From Octopus sinensis (lineage: Eukaryota): DNA of 64,000 nt. The translations under genes were made by a program, and so were the position numbers. The first letter of the stretch is position 1. Every line of letters starts with the position of its first letter. This document shows positions 60,353 to 64,000 of the stretch, piece after piece. The stretch lies in the NCBI RefSeq assembly GCF_006345805.1, contig NC_042997.1, positions 82,522,001-82,586,000 of the forward strand, given 5' to 3'. Under the pieces are notes generated by a model. The model ran no database searches and was not told where the DNA came from. It saw only the letters and a program-made list of their open reading frames with translations.

Positions 60353-61940
60353 CAAGCTTCTTTCAGTTTCTGTCTACCAAATCCACTCACAAGGCTTTGG
60401 TTGGTCTAAGGCTATAGTAGAAGACACCCAAGATGTTTTGCAGTGGAATTGAACCCAGAACCATGTGGTTGGAAAGCATCTTCTTATCGCACAGCTATGC
60501 CTGCGCCCATTATACTAGTATATTTATTCTTTCAAAAGAGTGTTCATTAAAATGATATCAGATTTGAATAGTCATATGACAAAATAGGTCAGTTCAGATT
60601 GCACAAAAATTGCAGTAAAATTTTGTTTGGTGTAACTGCAATTAGAATAAGAGATCTAATCAGCAGATATATTTTGCAGCTACAATTACAGTTTGTGATT
60701 AGAATAATAAAGATAGTGCATAATATTTACAGCAGGAGCAAAAAATAGCATGTAAACTAGAATTAATGAGGAAAGCTGTGAAAGTAAACAATGAGTTACT
60801 CTCTCCACAGAAAGAGCATGGTATGGAAAAGTGTGATGTGATATGGTTGTTACATAACTTGAGTAGTTCCCATGTTACGTATGCATATTCATAGCAATTA
60901 GAGAGGAATAAGTTCAGTATGACCTGTTGGATATGCAATAATAATTTACAAGAAAAGTTGGACACTGAACAAAATTGAGTTGAGAAAATAAATGACTCCC
61001 AAGAATATTGGTATATGGTATGCAGAAAGGTGATTACATGAATGTAAATTAATGGTTCATTGAATTAATTAATGCCGATTGAATAGATATTAAGACGTCA
61101 TCTATTACTTGTATCTGCTTATTTGGATGATCGGTAGTTTTCACTTTAACACTTTTGTTACCATAAACACATTGAAATGCACTGCCTTTATTTCAATTGA
61201 TTTTGAAAATAATGAAGAATTTAGAAATATAACTTTGTATAAATTATAAATTATAAATAAAGTATAAATTAACATGAAAGTTTGATTGAAGGTTTTAATT
61301 GAGATTATTTTAAAATAGAATTTGTATCAGATTTCAGGTGGGTTGGCATCAAAAGGGTTAAAGTTACTTACCATAAATGTATTGCTACTATGTACAATTT
61401 TTGAGCCCACAATACCATTTGTAACACAGTGTTACTCAACTGCTGCAATTGTAGATAATCCATGTAATCTAATATATTAGTTTTTGTATGCTTCATTTTA
61501 TTTAAAATAAATTTATGTCTACCTTTTACCTTTGACTGCAGCCATGCTGGGGCATTGCCTTGAAAGGTTTTTAGTCAAATTGACCCAGGCGGTGCTCCAG
61601 CATGGCCACAGTCACATGACTGAAACAAGTAAAAGAGTAAAGAGAGTAGGACTTATTTCTTTTAATTATAGTACTCATTCTGTTGTCCCCTTTCTTGAAC
61701 CACTAAGTTAAAGAGATGTAAACACACCAATACTGGTTGTCAAGCGATGGTGGGAGACAAACACAGACACACACACACACATAAATATATACATACATCA
61801 TGGGCTTCTTTCAGTTTCCATCTACCAAATCCATTCACAAGGCTTTGGTCAGCCCGAGGCTATAGTAGAAGACACTTGCCCAAGGTGCTATGCAGTGGGA
61901 CTGAACCTGGAAAGCAAACTTCTTACCATACAGCCACTAG
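60350..61940 (-). mobile_element. SINE family 1 pieces (head 60350-60510; copy 61520-61940 with an internal + strand tail at 61588-61648)
   Basis: Alignment by eye to 16932-17354. Confidence 0.72.
61150..61357. mobile_element. TTAA-flanked MITE related to 31251-31471
   Basis: ttaa|cacttttgttacc ... ggcatcaaaaggg|ttaa. Confidence 0.7.
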
Positions 61941-63026
61941 GATTTTTTTAATAGGTGGAGAAAATTTGCAATTAAAATAATTAATAATTTTAAAAAATCC
62001 TTTATTGGGATTTTTAAAAAAGTGGGTGGAGAAAGTTTGAAGTTTAATACCATGTATTTTATTATGTGTTCTTAATTTTAATGTTGATTTTAGTGAAAGA
62101 AGTCCCTATTACACATGGAGTTTTACAGTTACATTGCTAGCTATTCCAGGTCCTCTGATGCATTTAGTTTTGAATCCCTGTTAGTTTCCTATTTACCACA
62201 CATCCTATAGCAGTTTTTATATATTTATTGTTCACAGTAACTAGACAGTATGCACATGCAAACTTATTTCTTGATTTCCATGCTAGGCCACTTTTTTTGT
62301 TAGTACTAAACTTTGGTCTCTGCTACTAATTAATCCTTTACTTTTGGCCATGTTAATTTTTATATCCTTTTACTCTGTGAACATGACAGCGAAGTTGACA
62401 GGGTATTTGGCAACCAGTTAAGAGGTTAATACACCATTGCCTCCATAGTATTTTGTCTGTAACCAAGGCACACCACCTAGCTCTAAGTAAGTTTAAAAGG
62501 TAGATTAGATCTAAACTCTAGGAAGCAACATCACTATAAATTTGAGTTGTTTCATTTGTACTTATTTCTCCTGTGGGTTGGTAGAACGTTGTGAGAAACC
62601 ACACTCTTTCATTGAATGGGTAGCTATTGACTCAATCTGGTTATAAAACTAATTGCAGCTGTTACTATTACCACTACATGATTATACCATCAGGAACAGT
62701 AGTGTACAAAATCTAAATGTCTGACAGTGTTTTTTTCCTTCCTTTTTATATTACAAGTTCTCATACTGCCATGGTTGACTTAGCCTTTCATCCATCTAAG
62801 TCAAGGATATAAACATTACACATTCTCTGTACTCTTAGCAATCAACTTGTCATGAAATAGATGTCTGTAGCTATATTAGAAACAAATCAGTGGATGAAAA
62901 AAAATGTACCATCCAAATTAAATTTCTTACACTTTGCTGATATTTCCAAATTCAAGATCTTTGTAATTAGGTGATTATTTGCATTTTCTTATTGCTATAA
63001 ATATCTTATGTTGTTCAATTTTTTAG

Positions 63027-63100
63027 CACTTGATGAACAAGTATGTTGAAATCCAAAAGAAATATGAAAATGTAGAATTGATTCCAAAACCAAAATACTG
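63027..63100 (+). CDS. PNPO: PNPO exon 7 (penultimate; gene continues beyond the window)
   Basis: caattttttag|...TACTG|gtatga; 74 nt; HLMNKYVEIQKKYENVELIPKPKYW, phase-2 end as in the PKPKSW|G intron of human PNPO. Confidence 0.9.
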
Positions 63101-64000
63101 GTATGATTTTAATTATAGTTTTGTTACAGTTGATCTTCTTCTTCTTCTCCTCCTCCACCACCACCACTGCCACTTCTACTACCACCACCACCACCACCAT
63201 CATTTAATGTCCATCTTCCATGCTACCAAGGGTTGAACTATGTAAGCTAAAGTAATTTTCAGTGAATATAGTTATAATAATATTTTTCTGTATCCTATTA
63301 GAGCAATAAAATTTGATATGAACCAGCAAAGAAGCTTATGTAGAAGCTGTTTCACATTAGTTTCTTCACATAATATAACTAACTAGGCAAAAATTACAAG
63401 AAGGCAATGCAGTTCTGCCAAATATTTTGTAATATAAAAATGCTCCAGAAGCATTTCCAAAAACATAGTGTAATGATGGACAGCTAGCAAAGTCTAGGAA
63501 CTGCTCATCAATTTTGCATTACTACACCAAATTATGTTACTGTTGTACTTAGGGTTACATGGGCTTATCAGAATTAAATACCTTGACTACAGACATGATA
63601 AAGCATTGGATTACATTGCTGAGTACTCTTATCAGTTAAGAAAAACCATCCCAGCTTTGAGCCTAAGAGCAAGTTCTTCTAAACTGTCTTGGCTCAGTGG
63701 ATCCTAGTAATGAGTTGCATATAATGGTTAGTGTAAAATGGTTTATTCCTCGTTAACTTAATTAGGCATGTAAGACATGGATGTAAACAGTAATATCACT
63801 TAAGATATAAAGCACATTGCTATGATAAAAATGATAGTGTTGAACAAGATGCTTTACAGTATTAAATGACAGCCTTCTACATTTTGAGTTCAAAAGCTAT
63901 TGGGATTGACTTTGCATTTTCATCCACATAGTGTCAATAAAATAAACCTGAACTAATATTAAAAAATTTTATTATCCAAAGCTAAGATGATATAATGGTA

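Noticed and set aside
16932-61940. SINE heads as tRNA genes
   Set aside because: A/B-box-like motifs but no complete cloverleaf, and each continues into a repeated SINE body.
63101-64000. PNPO final exon (GG(Y/F)...EFWQG..RLHDR)
   Set aside because: Not found in any frame in the remaining 900 bp; presumably beyond the window.

Overview
Eukaryotic, AT-rich, repeat-dense genomic DNA; the SINE, MITE and LINE families look like those of an octopod cephalopod (inferred from recognising the repeats, not from a search). One host gene is supported: a + strand pyridoxine/pyridoxamine 5'-phosphate oxidase (PNPO) with 7 coding exons in the window (33104-33470, 45770-45793, 47441-47597, 51532-51631, 56169-56222, 57945-58073, 63027-63100). 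All exon phases join into one reading frame, and the last exon lies beyond the window. It has an unusually long presequence-like N-terminus with a second in-frame AUG, plus a 24-nt micro-exon. There is one intact tRNA-Glu(TTC) gene (25662-25733) and a deleted duplicate of it. The rest is layered transposons: two Tx1/L1-clade LINEs (one internally deleted, one with an open RT ORF), R4/Dong-like and HERO-like RLE LINEs, RTE, CR1 and L2-like fragments, several Penelope-like relics with inverted architecture, a full-length decayed DD34D mariner, a deleted Tc1, a decayed RepHel Helitron with non-autonomous relatives, TTAA MITEs, a 9-bp-TSD MITE nested in the HERO element, tRNA-derived SINEs and many microsatellites. 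No CRISPR, rRNA or prokaryotic system was seen. No wholly new biological system can be claimed; the best leads are the PNPO N-terminus and possible editing site, and several nested or inverted transposon structures.
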